Positions 10,297 to 19,388 of a stretch of 64,000 nucleotides of DNA are shown one piece after another; positions within the stretch are counted from its first letter, which is position 1, and the number at the start of each line of letters is the position of its first letter. Origin of the DNA: a virus; the IMG/VR virus record IMGVR_UViG_3300031746_000003, positions 56,345-120,344 of that record; one strand, written 5' to 3'. A program made the position numbers and the translations under genes. The notes below the pieces were generated by a model. It saw nothing but the letters and a program-made list of their open reading frames with translations. It searched no databases and was not told the DNA's origin.

Positions 10297-11930
10297 CTAT
10301 TAGAAGGTCAGACTTGGGGCACATAAAGGCTGCTGAAGGTGTGCCTACTGCTTTACGTATTGCTGCTGCGATACTGGCACCTGCTCTCATGTACTCACTG
10401 TACAGGGGTAGCGAAGACTCCGATAAGAAAGTACGTAATGAGCAGCAGGCTACTCGCGCTGCTGAGGCGAACAGGATGGAACCTGGCATTGCGCCATTAC
10501 GTAAGCACGGTCCAGCACAGAGGCAGCATATGGAGATATCCGCCGATGATATGGGTGGTATGGACCCACTTGCCATGGACGCATTGTTCAAGGGCAGCTC
10601 TGCTTCTTACGCAGCAGCTGAGCAGACCGGCAGAGCTATGGCCAGGATGGCTAGCTCAGACCAGGTGAAACTTGCTGAGCAGGTAAAGCTCTCTGACGGG
10701 ACACTGGGAGGTATTTTTGGGGCAGGTCTAAAGTCTGTCCCGAAGGTTCATGTGCCTATAGCTCCTGCTGTTCAGCGAGCTCGTAACGCCGCTACAGTAG
10801 TGGCATCTGGGAGCATCCCTGCTCCACCAGCAGCGATAAGAGCTGCCGGGGCTAAGGCACAGTTGAGCGCTCCTCCTGTAGCCGCACCAGTAGCGGCTGC
10901 ACCAGCAGTTGCCCAGGTAGCTAAAGCTACCCCTCCTCCAGTACCTAAGAGGACTGCGCCTATAGGGCAGGTTAACTTACCAGGAGGTTCACCAGAGTTT
11001 GCAGCTAACGATAACCTACACACCCCAATATCCCCTGGGCTGCAGCATCTAGTTGACCATGGCATTGCTGACCGTCAGTTTGCTCAGTCAGCGGCTCCTC
11101 CAGCTACGCGTGTGCGTAGTGGTGTGCTGATGCCGCCTGGAGCAAAACCCTCAGCTACTAGCACAAGTCAAGCTAACCAGATGAGGTCTATACAGGCCAA
11201 CACACAGCGTAAAGCGCAGAGTGTTCGTGCCCTGGCAGAGCCATCCTCTATTCAGGAGCTAAGTGCTGGTCGTCTTGCACCACCATCTGCGCCTCTGGGT
11301 CCGTTACCAGGGGCTATACCCACACAAGTACCTTCTATGGGTAACTACCGTGGCCCTCAAAGTAAAAATCTTCAGGCAGCAACCGCAGCTGCTATTGGCG
11401 CCCACAGAGTTATAACTGAGCCTGTCCAAACGGTTAAGAATCTAGCTGAGGGGGCAGCCGAGAAACTTAGGGCGGGTGTTCGTAAGGTAGCGCCTAACTC
11501 ACCTCTAGGACAGAAGTCACCCGAGCGTATCAGCCAAGAGCTGAATAAAGCTCAAGCTGGGGCGCAAGGTATAGCTGAGACCGCAGCAGCATCCGGTGTT
11601 ACGCACAATACTACGGGCACTCTAGCCCCACCGAATGTACTAGCCCCAGAGAGTGGTGCTGGTAACATGGCTCCACCTAGTACCCCTGGTGCAGTAGATT
11701 CTCCGCGTGGTGTACCTGCTTCTCCGGGGCAAGTTGCTTCTCCGGCAGAAGCTAAAGGTAAGGGGTGGGGCACCGCTGGGCTACTAGCTGGTGGGGCTCT
11801 TGCTCTTGGTGGTTACGGGGCTTATCGAGCAACAAAGGGAGTTGCCGATTACATGAGTCAGCCTTCAGGGCAGTACTCTTACGGGCACGGTTATGCCCCG
11901 CAAGCCGGGCTCTCTCCGTACGGGTATTAG
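10293..11930 (+). CDS. Pro/Ala-rich protein with K-x-A motifs and terminal hydrophobic helices
   Basis: HIKAAE, QVKLAEQVKLS; C-terminal GLLAGGALALGGYG. Confidence 0.6.
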   Translation: MTIRRSDLGHIKAAEGVPTALRIAAAILAPALMYSLYRGSEDSDKKVRNEQQATRAAEANRMEPGIAPLRKHGPAQRQHMEISADDMGGMDPLAMDALFKGSSASYAAAEQTGRAMARMASSDQVKLAEQVKLSDGTLGGIFGAGLKSVPKVHVPIAPAVQRARNAATVVASGSIPAPPAAIRAAGAKAQLSAPPVAAPVAAAPAVAQVAKATPPPVPKRTAPIGQVNLPGGSPEFAANDNLHTPISPGLQHLVDHGIADRQFAQSAAPPATRVRSGVLMPPGAKPSATSTSQANQMRSIQANTQRKAQSVRALAEPSSIQELSAGRLAPPSAPLGPLPGAIPTQVPSMGNYRGPQSKNLQAATAAAIGAHRVITEPVQTVKNLAEGAAEKLRAGVRKVAPNSPLGQKSPERISQELNKAQAGAQGIAETAAASGVTHNTTGTLAPPNVLAPESGAGNMAPPSTPGAVDSPRGVPASPGQVASPAEAKGKGWGTAGLLAGGALALGGYGAYRATKGVADYMSQPSGQYSYGHGYAPQAGLSPYGY

Positions 11931-12427
11931 AGCCACCAGAAAGCAGGGACACCATCTACCATAGGAGGTGGAGTTTCCTTCTCCGCCTTTGGTAGTACTG
12001 GTCTGGTGTCCTGCTTAGGTATGGTTGACGTAGGACGGGGTGTTGTAGCTCTGTTGTAGTCAACCACGGCTCTATCTAGTAGTCGTAGTTCCGCCTCATC
12101 CAGATCTGGTAGGTTCTTCTTGCCTGCGATCATCAGTTGTATGAGCTCAGCGGCAGCAGGCTCATACTTGTCTGGGTTATCTAGCAGGTCATAGAAGAGA
12201 ACCTTTGGGTCTCCTACCAGGCTTTCGAACATCCCCTTGTCTCGCGTCTTTGGCCTTGGTGCTTCTTCTTGGCTCGCCAATTCGTAGAAGCTCGGGAAGC
12301 GTGGATAGGTCTGTATCGCTAGCGGCTGCAATTGCGTCGATCTGTGCAGGGCTAAAAAATCTGGGTAGCCGACTTTTGAGGTTGGCGAGCTGGGTTCTCC
12401 CGAACTCTTCTTCAATTTCTCGTTCAT
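11927..12427 (-). CDS. Hypothetical protein (start uncertain)
   Basis: Helical core; converges on 11930; overlaps the next ORF by 239 bp. Confidence 0.55.
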   Translation of the reverse strand: MNEKLKKSSGEPSSPTSKVGYPDFLALHRSTQLQPLAIQTYPRFPSFYELASQEEAPRPKTRDKGMFESLVGDPKVLFYDLLDNPDKYEPAAAELIQLMIAGKKNLPDLDEAELRLLDRAVVDYNRATTPRPTSTIPKQDTRPVLPKAEKETPPPMVDGVPAFWWL

Positions 12428-12629
12428 GGGCTAAAACGAAGTATGCCAGGATAGCCCCAGTCAGTCTATAAAGACTGAGCTGAGGCCACCCCTTCTGTAC
12501 TAGTCTCCCGTTAATTACCACTAGGTACTTGGCCAGAAGAACCCACACCCTTGGGGTGGCATTGATGGGCATAGCCTTCATCTGAAGGATCTTCTCAACA
12601 CCATCTTTCTCTAGTGGATGAAGCTTCAT
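12189..12629 (-). CDS. Hypothetical protein
   Basis: ATG start in the minus-strand operon. Confidence 0.5.
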   Translation of the reverse strand: MKLHPLEKDGVEKILQMKAMPINATPRVWVLLAKYLVVINGRLVQKGWPQLSLYRLTGAILAYFVLAHEREIEEEFGRTQLANLKSRLPRFFSPAQIDAIAAASDTDLSTLPELLRIGEPRRSTKAKDARQGDVRKPGRRPKGSLL

Positions 12630-12644
12630 ACGTCTGTTGCGAGT

Positions 12645-12815
12645 CTACTCCTCGCCCTCTAGCGCTTCTCTCAAACGTTCCATTGCCCCGTGGACATCTG
12701 GCGGAAGAATGTGGTCGTACCCTCGTAGAACCTCCAGAAGATTAGCAGCCGCATCTTCTAGCTCACTGTAGAGGGACGCTAAGGCCTTTATTTTGTCAGT
12801 ACTACTGTCAGTCAT
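12645..12815 (-). CDS. Small helical protein
   Basis: ATG 12815 overlaps the upstream stop (ATGA). Confidence 0.6.
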   Translation of the reverse strand: MTDSSTDKIKALASLYSELEDAAANLLEVLRGYDHILPPDVHGAMERLREALEGEE

Positions 12816-13027
12816 TTCTTGTCCGCAGGCAGTCCTAGTCGTTCTGCCAAGCACTCCCGGCATAGAACCGTTTCAGGGTTATCCTCTGTCTTGTCAATAA
12901 GTATTTTCTGGTCTACCCCAGTTACCCCAGTTAGTATTTGACCCCTGACGATAAAGCCATCTTCGGGGTGTAGTAGAACCGCCCCGCAGGCAGGGCCGTC
13001 ACAGATGTACATCTCTTTCTTAGCCAT
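12812..13027 (-). CDS. Zn-ribbon protein
   Basis: YICDGPAC...LCREC; GAGG RBS; motif promoter upstream. Confidence 0.7.
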   Translation of the reverse strand: MAKKEMYICDGPACGAVLLHPEDGFIVRGQILTGVTGVDQKILIDKTEDNPETVLCRECLAERLGLPADKK

Positions 13028-13045
13028 GTTGTAGCCTCTTTGCCC

Positions 13046-13072
13046 TTATCCCAGGTACTCACTACAATTTGT
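13046..13072 (-). promoter_or_regulatory. Phage-type promoter ACAAA-N15-GG-GATAA
   Basis: Same spacing as seven other copies. Confidence 0.6.
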
Positions 13073-13161
13073 TCAGGTAATGTGGAAAAAGTAATATGGG
13101 GGTTGATCTATCTACAACAAGGATATATATCACTAGTCCCTACAGGGGAGAACAAAAACAT

Positions 13162-13899
13162 ATGACAAAGTCTAGCTACCAGCCACTGAATTATGACCGC
13201 TTCATTGAGCGGTTGAAGGCCGACGAGTACGGCAGCATTGCCGGAGCACGCAGAGGCATTGGCAAGTCTGCCATGAGCACCAAGGAGAAGGAGAAGGCCG
13301 GAGAGATTGCTACAAAGCACTTCGGTGCGGATGCAGCGCCAGCCAAGGCAGTTACTGCCAAGGCCGCTCCTGCTACACGCAAGGGGCTGAAGAAGCTCGT
13401 GCGTAAGCCTGGTCGTAAGGCCAAGGTAGTTGAGGTTGTGGCAGAAGCCGCACCGTCTGAGCCCAAGGTTCGTAAGCAGCGCGCTAAGAAGCAAGCTGCC
13501 ACTGGTGTAGCAACACCGCGCGTACCGGTTCTAGCGGACCATAACAAGGACCTGCTCAGCCAGGTTCACATCCTCGGGATGAAGGTTGGCACCTATGCTC
13601 AGGCCGTTACGGCGCTTGAGAAGGCGAAGCAGAACAACCCAAAACTCGACGTCTCTGATGGCATGAGGGCTGCCAAAGAGGGCCTAACAGCTAGTATCCT
13701 AGAAATGCAGGCTCTAGGTGTGGCTGCTGCTGTCAGCGACAAAGAGCAGGAAGCCGTCGTAGCGCCAGAACTAGTTAGCGGTAACGGATCTGGCTCGGCA
13801 GATGTGCTGAGCAAGTTCCGTGAGGCTAGCAATAACGCTAGTGCTCGGGCCAAGCAGGCACTGGAAGCTGCTGGCTACGTGGCCCCTACTGCAGAGTAA
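13162..13899 (+). CDS. Lys/Ala-rich histone-H1-like putative DNA-binding protein
   Basis: GGGGAG RBS before ATG 13162; AAPAKAVTAKAAPATRKGLKKLVRKPGRKAK. Confidence 0.6.
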   Translation: MTKSSYQPLNYDRFIERLKADEYGSIAGARRGIGKSAMSTKEKEKAGEIATKHFGADAAPAKAVTAKAAPATRKGLKKLVRKPGRKAKVVEVVAEAAPSEPKVRKQRAKKQAATGVATPRVPVLADHNKDLLSQVHILGMKVGTYAQAVTALEKAKQNNPKLDVSDGMRAAKEGLTASILEMQALGVAAAVSDKEQEAVVAPELVSGNGSGSADVLSKFREASNNASARAKQALEAAGYVAPTAE

Positions 13900-14325
13900 C
13901 TAAGCCTCGGCCATATTAGGCTGCCAGAGAAAGCCGATACTATCAGTATCTATTTTTCTGGCAGCCTTGCCGAGCACATTGATGTCACCGTGACGTTCGA
14001 TGGGTATAACCCAGGACGTGGAGCCTTCTGGAGTTTCCAGAATTAGCTTCACGTCTTTTTCGTTTTGCTCAAGTAGTAACATAGCTTTTGGGCTAGTGAG
14101 TACTATGGCTTCTACTAGAAGCCCCTTCCACTGTGCCTTATCTTTAGGCAGAGTGAGCTGGCATGCGCCTGTGATCCAAGACCCATTACTGGTCTGCACT
14201 GGCTCTGACGGCCACGTAAGTAGGAACGGCTCTAACTTACCTTGCGTGGTCTTCCAGCGTTTGTATATCAAGTCTAGGTTGGCTTCCGCCTGTAGAGACA
14301 ACTGCTCATGGTACTCTTGGTGCAT
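13900..14325 (-). CDS. Hypothetical protein
   Basis: ATG 14325 with TAGCAT 5 nt upstream; globular-looking sequence. Confidence 0.6.
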   Translation of the reverse strand: MHQEYHEQLSLQAEANLDLIYKRWKTTQGKLEPFLLTWPSEPVQTSNGSWITGACQLTLPKDKAQWKGLLVEAIVLTSPKAMLLLEQNEKDVKLILETPEGSTSWVIPIERHGDINVLGKAARKIDTDSIGFLWQPNMAEA

Positions 14326-14605
14326 GTTGTATGCTAACTCTCGTCTGCTAGATGTACGTCGTAAACTACCGAGATGGCTACCATACATCAAAAAGTTTTC
14401 ATACGCCGATGATATACGAATACTACCAGGGGCATCAGGTGAGTTTACGGTACTAGCCACTTGGAACACTCCAAAGCCAGGTAGCTATAGTAGGAAGTTT
14501 GATCTGTCCTACATAGTTAAGCCTGGTGGTAAAGGGATGAGCAAGAAGGCTTGTAGGTTTGCTGACGATATCATAATGGATATCCTCTTGGAGAGGCGTA
14601 AGTAG
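14324..14605 (+). CDS. Hypothetical protein (93 aa)
   Basis: ATG 14324 with TGGTACTCT 6 nt upstream; 3' part of track ORF 14000-14605. Confidence 0.5.
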   Translation: MLYANSRLLDVRRKLPRWLPYIKKFSYADDIRILPGASGEFTVLATWNTPKPGSYSRKFDLSYIVKPGGKGMSKKACRFADDIIMDILLERRK

Positions 14606-14617
14606 TATACTCACGAC

Positions 14618-15016
14618 ATGCCGGCACCTATTACATTCACGTTAACGATAGAAGAGTACGAAGCTCTTATAGCGTTGGCTCGCGAAGGCACGAAGGACAA
14701 GGAAGGACATCCTACGGACAAAGCTAGGAACCTAGACGAGTTTCTTCAGAAGATAGAGAAAGAGAACGGTGTGAAACGGGACGCCATCTGGGTGCAGTGG
14801 CAGGAGCTAGATGCCCCGCTCCCACCTCAGACTGATTTTCCGTACAAGTGGCCGCCGTCCATGCGCTGGTACATAGAACTTATCACGCGTAAGGTTGCCA
14901 AGGTAGACGTAGAGCAGGTGCTAGCTGCTAGGGCTAAAAATCCTACCAGCGTACTAGTAACTCGTGACCCGGCTGGTGTAGTCGGGTGGACACAAGTAGA
15001 TCAATTCTTTCGTTAG
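14618..15016 (+). CDS. Hypothetical protein
   Basis: TATACT-N6-ATG (leaderless-like); clean ORF. Confidence 0.7.
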   Translation: MPAPITFTLTIEEYEALIALAREGTKDKEGHPTDKARNLDEFLQKIEKENGVKRDAIWVQWQELDAPLPPQTDFPYKWPPSMRWYIELITRKVAKVDVEQVLAARAKNPTSVLVTRDPAGVVGWTQVDQFFR

Positions 15017-15026
15017 GAACAAATCT

Positions 15027-15647
15027 ATGGACTCAATTCAACTCGTTCATGCTCTCCCGTACACCTTCGGTGGTGTGCTCGTACTGCTACTCCTCGTGGG
15101 TCTAGTGACTCGTGTCCTTAAGCATTTTAGCCCAGCTAACATCGAGGTTAGGGTTTCTCCCACGGAAGCTGACTACAACGCGCTAGAACTACAGCGTCAA
15201 AATGAAGTAGAGGACAACGTCCAACGTTGTGTCTGTGGGGAGCTCGCTACTAACCCATCGCCTCAGCTGATACGGCAACGTACCAGCATCCTTCAGACGT
15301 TCTTTGCTATGGCCCCGAAGTACCGTCGTGAGGTTCCTCGGACATCTTGGTTCTTTGGGCTAGCCCCCATAGATCTACCAAGAGAACAGTACGTCTACTG
15401 CCTTACGCACGCACACGTGGCAGACGCCATGCTAGATAAGTTCATCTACCATGACATCCGTGCAATGCAGGCGAAGAACAACGAAGACATTGCTATCCGA
15501 GCAGCCGGCTTTGAGCAGGAGGCTCTAGTGGAGCAGATCAAGAACAGCTTAACGGACACACAGAAGAAGGCTCAGCGCAGAGGTCAGACGCAAGTACGTC
15601 TACTACAAAAGACTGGAACAGACTCCGCTGGCAGTCCGAATGAGTGA
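15027..15647 (+). CDS. Membrane-anchored protein with Cys/His motifs
   Basis: N-terminal TM helix; RCVCG...YCLTHAH. Confidence 0.7.
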   Translation: MDSIQLVHALPYTFGGVLVLLLLVGLVTRVLKHFSPANIEVRVSPTEADYNALELQRQNEVEDNVQRCVCGELATNPSPQLIRQRTSILQTFFAMAPKYRREVPRTSWFFGLAPIDLPREQYVYCLTHAHVADAMLDKFIYHDIRAMQAKNNEDIAIRAAGFEQEALVEQIKNSLTDTQKKAQRRGQTQVRLLQKTGTDSAGSPNE

Positions 15648-15933
15648 AGACAAGAAACGTAGATTCGTAACGGTGGGCATCGAGACTTCTCTCGGTGCCC
15701 ACTACCTGTTCCCAGATATGGACATGGCAGTACTGTCTCAGCTATTGCCTAAGTTTTCTGATCGTAGACCACCTAACGAGTCTTTTACGTTGGTCAACGC
15801 GAGTACCGCCGTTCTAATTCTACCCGTACGTGTTATCAAGAAGGTAACAGTCAGTACGATGTACGAGAGCGGCTCTAAAATAACGGAGGACTGGTGGCAT
15901 GCTCCCTTGCATGAATTGCAAAACACCCATTGA
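15640..15933 (+). CDS. Hypothetical protein
   Basis: Coupled ORF. Confidence 0.6.
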   Translation: MSEDKKRRFVTVGIETSLGAHYLFPDMDMAVLSQLLPKFSDRRPPNESFTLVNASTAVLILPVRVIKKVTVSTMYESGSKITEDWWHAPLHELQNTH

Positions 15934-16156
15934 CGATGGCAAGTTCTTTGCGGAAGTCTGGGTATGCTCAGATTGCCACGGGATGGCCACAAGGTTTTAC
16001 GATAAGGCACAGGCCGACATGCGTAAAATCATGGTCATGATGAAGGAGACCATACGCATTGGTCTTATAGAGGGTAAGTTGCAGTTCGCTGGAGATATAG
16101 AAAACAAGTCACCACAAGAAACCTTAAAACTACTACAGGGTATCCATGAACAGTGA
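15899..16156 (+). CDS. Zn-finger protein
   Basis: CMNC...CSDC; GGAGG upstream. Confidence 0.65.
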   Translation: MLPCMNCKTPIDDGKFFAEVWVCSDCHGMATRFYDKAQADMRKIMVMMKETIRIGLIEGKLQFAGDIENKSPQETLKLLQGIHEQ

Positions 16157-16457
16157 CGATGATCTTGACATGTGTAGTCCAGATGACGAAGCCGCTATAG
16201 AAGATATAGTATCTAAAGCTGGAGCGCCGGATGCTGGCCCACAGGAGTTCCTTAACTTCATGTCTTGGGTAGCTGACGACTTCTCTGCACGTGGCGTGGT
16301 CTCGTATGAGAAGGTTACTGAGTTAATGTTGGCTATAGCTATCTCTAGGTACAAGTCTATCGGTAGGGCTGACGCTAGTGTTGTGCAGGCAGTTAAAGCA
16401 ATCTGCGAGCAGGTAAAGTTCGTAGGGTCTACGTACAATGGTAAAGAACCCAACTAG
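16146..16457 (+). CDS. Hypothetical acidic protein
   Basis: Coupled ORF. Confidence 0.55.
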   Translation: MNSDDDLDMCSPDDEAAIEDIVSKAGAPDAGPQEFLNFMSWVADDFSARGVVSYEKVTELMLAIAISRYKSIGRADASVVQAVKAICEQVKFVGSTYNGKEPN

Positions 16458-16701
16458 TACGTGGTGTGTCTACCTACTGCAATGCTCTGATGGTTCTCTG
16501 TACACTGGCATAACCAACGACTTAGACAAGCGGCTAAAGACACATGCAGCTGGCCGTGGATCTAAGTACGTCCGTAGCAGACTACCCTTTGTGCTATGGT
16601 ACGTAGTGCACGTAGCTACCCGTAGTGAAGCTTCTAAGATGGAAGCACGGCTAAAAAGAGAGCCTAGGGCTACTAAGCTACAACTTGGTCAACCTCAATG
16701 A
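16438..16701 (+). CDS. GIY-YIG nuclease (YhbQ/UPF0213-like)
   Basis: WCVYLLQCSDGSLYTGITNDLDKRLKTH...GSKYVRSR...RSEASKME. Confidence 0.9.
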   Translation: MVKNPTSTWCVYLLQCSDGSLYTGITNDLDKRLKTHAAGRGSKYVRSRLPFVLWYVVHVATRSEASKMEARLKREPRATKLQLGQPQ

Positions 16702-16955
16702 ACATTCAACAGCGACCTGACGATGCCCTTTATGGTGAGTACAAGGCAGTTTGTAACCACTGTGGGTGGTCGATGAAGTTCACCCAGTCTCTATCCTGCG
16801 GTTTGACCCCAGGTGATATAGTGTTTAAGGACCCAGAGAGCCCAGCATTAGGACACTGTGTACGATGCAAGAGAAACATGATGAAGGTGACGGAGGTACC
16901 TCAACTACCGCCGATACCGAGCCCCAAGGGCTTCTGGAAAGTCCCCACGGAGTAG
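16698..16955 (+). CDS. Zn-ribbon protein
   Basis: CNHC...CVRC. Confidence 0.65.
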   Translation: MNIQQRPDDALYGEYKAVCNHCGWSMKFTQSLSCGLTPGDIVFKDPESPALGHCVRCKRNMMKVTEVPQLPPIPSPKGFWKVPTE

Positions 16956-17278
16956 AGAGTACGTCTGTCGGCACAGCTATCTGCACACTCAGAGGCGTGG
17001 TCACAACGACTAAGAGAACTGCAGAGCTTCCTGGTGGTGCCGTAGAGTGGGACGAGATACAGATAGAGAACTTGTGCTGGTCTAAGAGATCGGCAGAAGT
17101 GCTACTACAGGGGGGCTCTGTGCGGTCTCTTATAGGGCCGGTGTTCCTACTCAAAGGTGGGAGTCATAGGCCCCTGTACTGCACATCCCCCGGCATGGAT
17201 AACGCCGTCCTAGTTAGGATAACGGCTCATCCAGCGAACTTAAGACTACAAGAAGTGCTCGGGGCAATCCTGCTCTGA
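16865..17278 (+). CDS. Hypothetical protein (start uncertain)
   Basis: Fills the gap to 17348; 5' end overlaps the previous gene. Confidence 0.35.
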   Translation: MQEKHDEGDGGTSTTADTEPQGLLESPHGVESTSVGTAICTLRGVVTTTKRTAELPGGAVEWDEIQIENLCWSKRSAEVLLQGGSVRSLIGPVFLLKGGSHRPLYCTSPGMDNAVLVRITAHPANLRLQEVLGAILL

Positions 17279-17347
17279 GCGCTTCTTTTTGGTGGGCACT
17301 TTACAACTACGCCCATACGGGTGTACAACGTCAGCACAGGAGAAGAT

Positions 17348-18574
17348 ATGGCTAAGAGAGACCAGCAGGGGCCTACGCCCCCCGTGTTTATCGACCCAAA
17401 GCTAGGAGCTGAGGCAGCCTATAGAGCTGGTATCCAGGCTCGTAGGGCGGCAGCGGGGCCAGCCAAGTACACAACTCCTGTAGCTGGAGGACCGACCCCC
17501 GCTATTCCTAGGTTAGACCAGCAGCCTTACGCGGGCGTTACCATGGCTCAGCAGGCTGAGATGTCTCGGCAGGGGGAGCTACAGAAGGCTGCCTCCGATA
17601 GGGTCTTTGACCAAGCTCGTAGCCAGCAACGACAGGGGATAGTGGAACGCCCGCAGGGTGCCCCTGTTAGCCCCCAGAGCAACATGGGGATCTTACCCGG
17701 TGACACACTCCCGGAGCAGGCGCGTTCAGATCCAGCCTTCATCGAGGGGCATGGCTCTATGTTCGCTGCAGCTCAACCGAACCTGGCGTCTAAGTACGGT
17801 GTGGTACGCAGGGGGCAGTTGATACCGCCACAAGCTCTGCGACAAGGGCAGGCATCGCAACTTCGTCCTGAGACGCTTAAGGACTTGGAGACACTACGAG
17901 AGCTACAGCAGCATTCCAAGGTAGGAGCATTGCTGGATAACGATGCTGAGGCGGAGAAAGCGGTAGATGACTCAGCTGCTTCTGCTGCAGGTCGTGCAGG
18001 TAATGTGGTCGGGGACAATAGTACTAGCCCCGTAACGGATGAAGACAAAGAGCGAGTGTCTAAGACACTAGCTAGTATGGATGAGTTCGACTTCGATACA
18101 TTTAGGCAAATGATGATGAAGGACATCATCAACAATCCTAAACAGAAGGGCGTTATTGAGGCGAAGCTTACTCCGCTCAGTATAGACGACCTTATCATGC
18201 ACAACAGGGCAGTACAGAAGGTGCCTATTGTGCCTGGGTTTACCCCGGAGTTTCAGTCTCTAACTGCAGAGGAAGATCTGGCTCTTAAGCGTTTAGTTAT
18301 GCAGGAGTCTAAGACAGTAGAGGTTACTGACAGGTATCTCTTAGACAAGCTTGCCATCATGTCTATCGCCGTTGGGCTGAAGAACATCAATGGAAAGCCG
18401 CTAGGGGACCACTTAGACACCGAGGGTAACTTTGATGATACAAAGTTCTGGGTGAAGTTTAACCGCATCATGAAGCTGCCACTTCAGATGATCGCGTCTA
18501 TCGGCGTTAACATCTTTTGGTTTGAACAGCGCGTACGTAAGCTCTTCGTAGCTGAGAAAGTGGGAAATGGCTGA
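17348..18574 (+). CDS. Tail assembly chaperone (gpG-like) with disordered N-terminal half
   Basis: AGGAG RBS; PEFQSLTAEEDLAL...LKNINGKPL chaperone-like core; ends in slippery GGGAAAT. Confidence 0.7.
   Translation: MAKRDQQGPTPPVFIDPKLGAEAAYRAGIQARRAAAGPAKYTTPVAGGPTPAIPRLDQQPYAGVTMAQQAEMSRQGELQKAASDRVFDQARSQQRQGIVERPQGAPVSPQSNMGILPGDTLPEQARSDPAFIEGHGSMFAAAQPNLASKYGVVRRGQLIPPQALRQGQASQLRPETLKDLETLRELQQHSKVGALLDNDAEAEKAVDDSAASAAGRAGNVVGDNSTSPVTDEDKERVSKTLASMDEFDFDTFRQMMMKDIINNPKQKGVIEAKLTPLSIDDLIMHNRAVQKVPIVPGFTPEFQSLTAEEDLALKRLVMQESKTVEVTDRYLLDKLAIMSIAVGLKNINGKPLGDHLDTEGNFDDTKFWVKFNRIMKLPLQMIASIGVNIFWFEQRVRKLFVAEKVGNG
18562..18568 (+). promoter_or_regulatory. Programmed -1 frameshift slippery heptamer G GGA AAT
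   Basis: X XXY YYZ in the correct phase just before the stop; -1 frame open to 18993. Confidence 0.8.
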
Positions 18575-18993
18575 GGACTCCCGAGGGCTGGGCGAGAGCA
18601 AACTTACTGCTTAAAACCCTAAAAGCGCCACCCCCTAAGGGGTCCCTCCAGGAGTCCGTACTCATCTTGCTGCTGATGCGTTTAGAGACGATAGAGCACG
18701 CAAGATTTAGGGCGTTAGCTCAGATATACGTTGATAAAGAAAAGGGTATCGAAGCTTTCGAAGAGTACGTCAAGATCGCCTTCCCATACATGACGGCTGT
18801 AAAGGACAGAAGTAAAGAAGCAGCCCACAACGCGCTAAAGAGCTGGGTAGGTAGCGGACAGATAATGGTTAGAGCCATGCCAGAGTCTAAGGGTAAGAGC
18901 AAGATGCGCGCCAAGCTCACAAAAACTACTACACAAACACGCGAACAAGCTGAGTCTCTCTATAAGAAAATGGGCAACGTAGTACCTACATGA
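18562..18993 (+). CDS. -1 frameshift extension of the tail chaperone (gpGT-like)
   Basis: -1 frame GKWLRTPEGWARANLL... runs into track ORF 18667-18993; no ATG/GTG start near its 5' end. Confidence 0.75.
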   Translation, partial: GKWLRTPEGWARANLLLKTLKAPPPKGSLQESVLILLLMRLETIEHARFRALAQIYVDKEKGIEAFEEYVKIAFPYMTAVKDRSKEAAHNALKSWVGSGQIMVRAMPESKGKSKMRAKLTKTTTQTREQAESLYKKMGNVVPT

Positions 18994-19388
18994 CTCCTCT
19001 AAACAAACCAGACTATGCCTACTTCTGTGGTCATTGCGGCAGTGCCTCACTAGACATCAGTGAACTAGTAGGTACTGCCACATGCAAGGCATGTAACTGG
19101 AGTGGCAGCACTAGCGATTTGGCTGCCATGCCTATCGAGCACGAGTTCGGTAGCTCAGAGAAGGTGGTACAGGCCTTGATGGGGGACATGCGCTTGATGC
19201 TAGCTAAACACTTAGCTGCACCCTTGTTACAGTTCCTTATGAAGTGGGGATTTCTGAGCAACCACATCACAGAGTATACGAAGCACGCAGTAGGTAGATA
19301 CCTAGCAGCTACAGCTAACGCTATGCTTACTGCTGTTATTGAAGAGAGGCAGAAAATGGAGAAGGAAAAGCACAATGGAACAGGGTGA
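18990..19388 (+). CDS. Zn-ribbon protein
   Basis: FCGHCGS...CKACNW. Confidence 0.7.
   Translation: MTPLNKPDYAYFCGHCGSASLDISELVGTATCKACNWSGSTSDLAAMPIEHEFGSSEKVVQALMGDMRLMLAKHLAAPLLQFLMKWGFLSNHITEYTKHAVGRYLAATANAMLTAVIEERQKMEKEKHNGTG

Noticed and set aside
14000-14323. 5' part of track ORF 14000-14605 (and 14326-14469 of the opposite ORF)
   Set aside because: Mutual antisense extensions; protein-like sequence and -10 elements point to starts at 14324 and 14325
16438-16701. GIY-YIG gene as a homing endonuclease or intron ORF
   Set aside because: It is only the short stand-alone catalytic domain with no DNA-binding tail, and no interrupted gene flanks it
18667-18993. Independent gene starting at TTG 18667
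   Set aside because: Better explained as the -1 frameshift extension, since the frame is open from the slippery site
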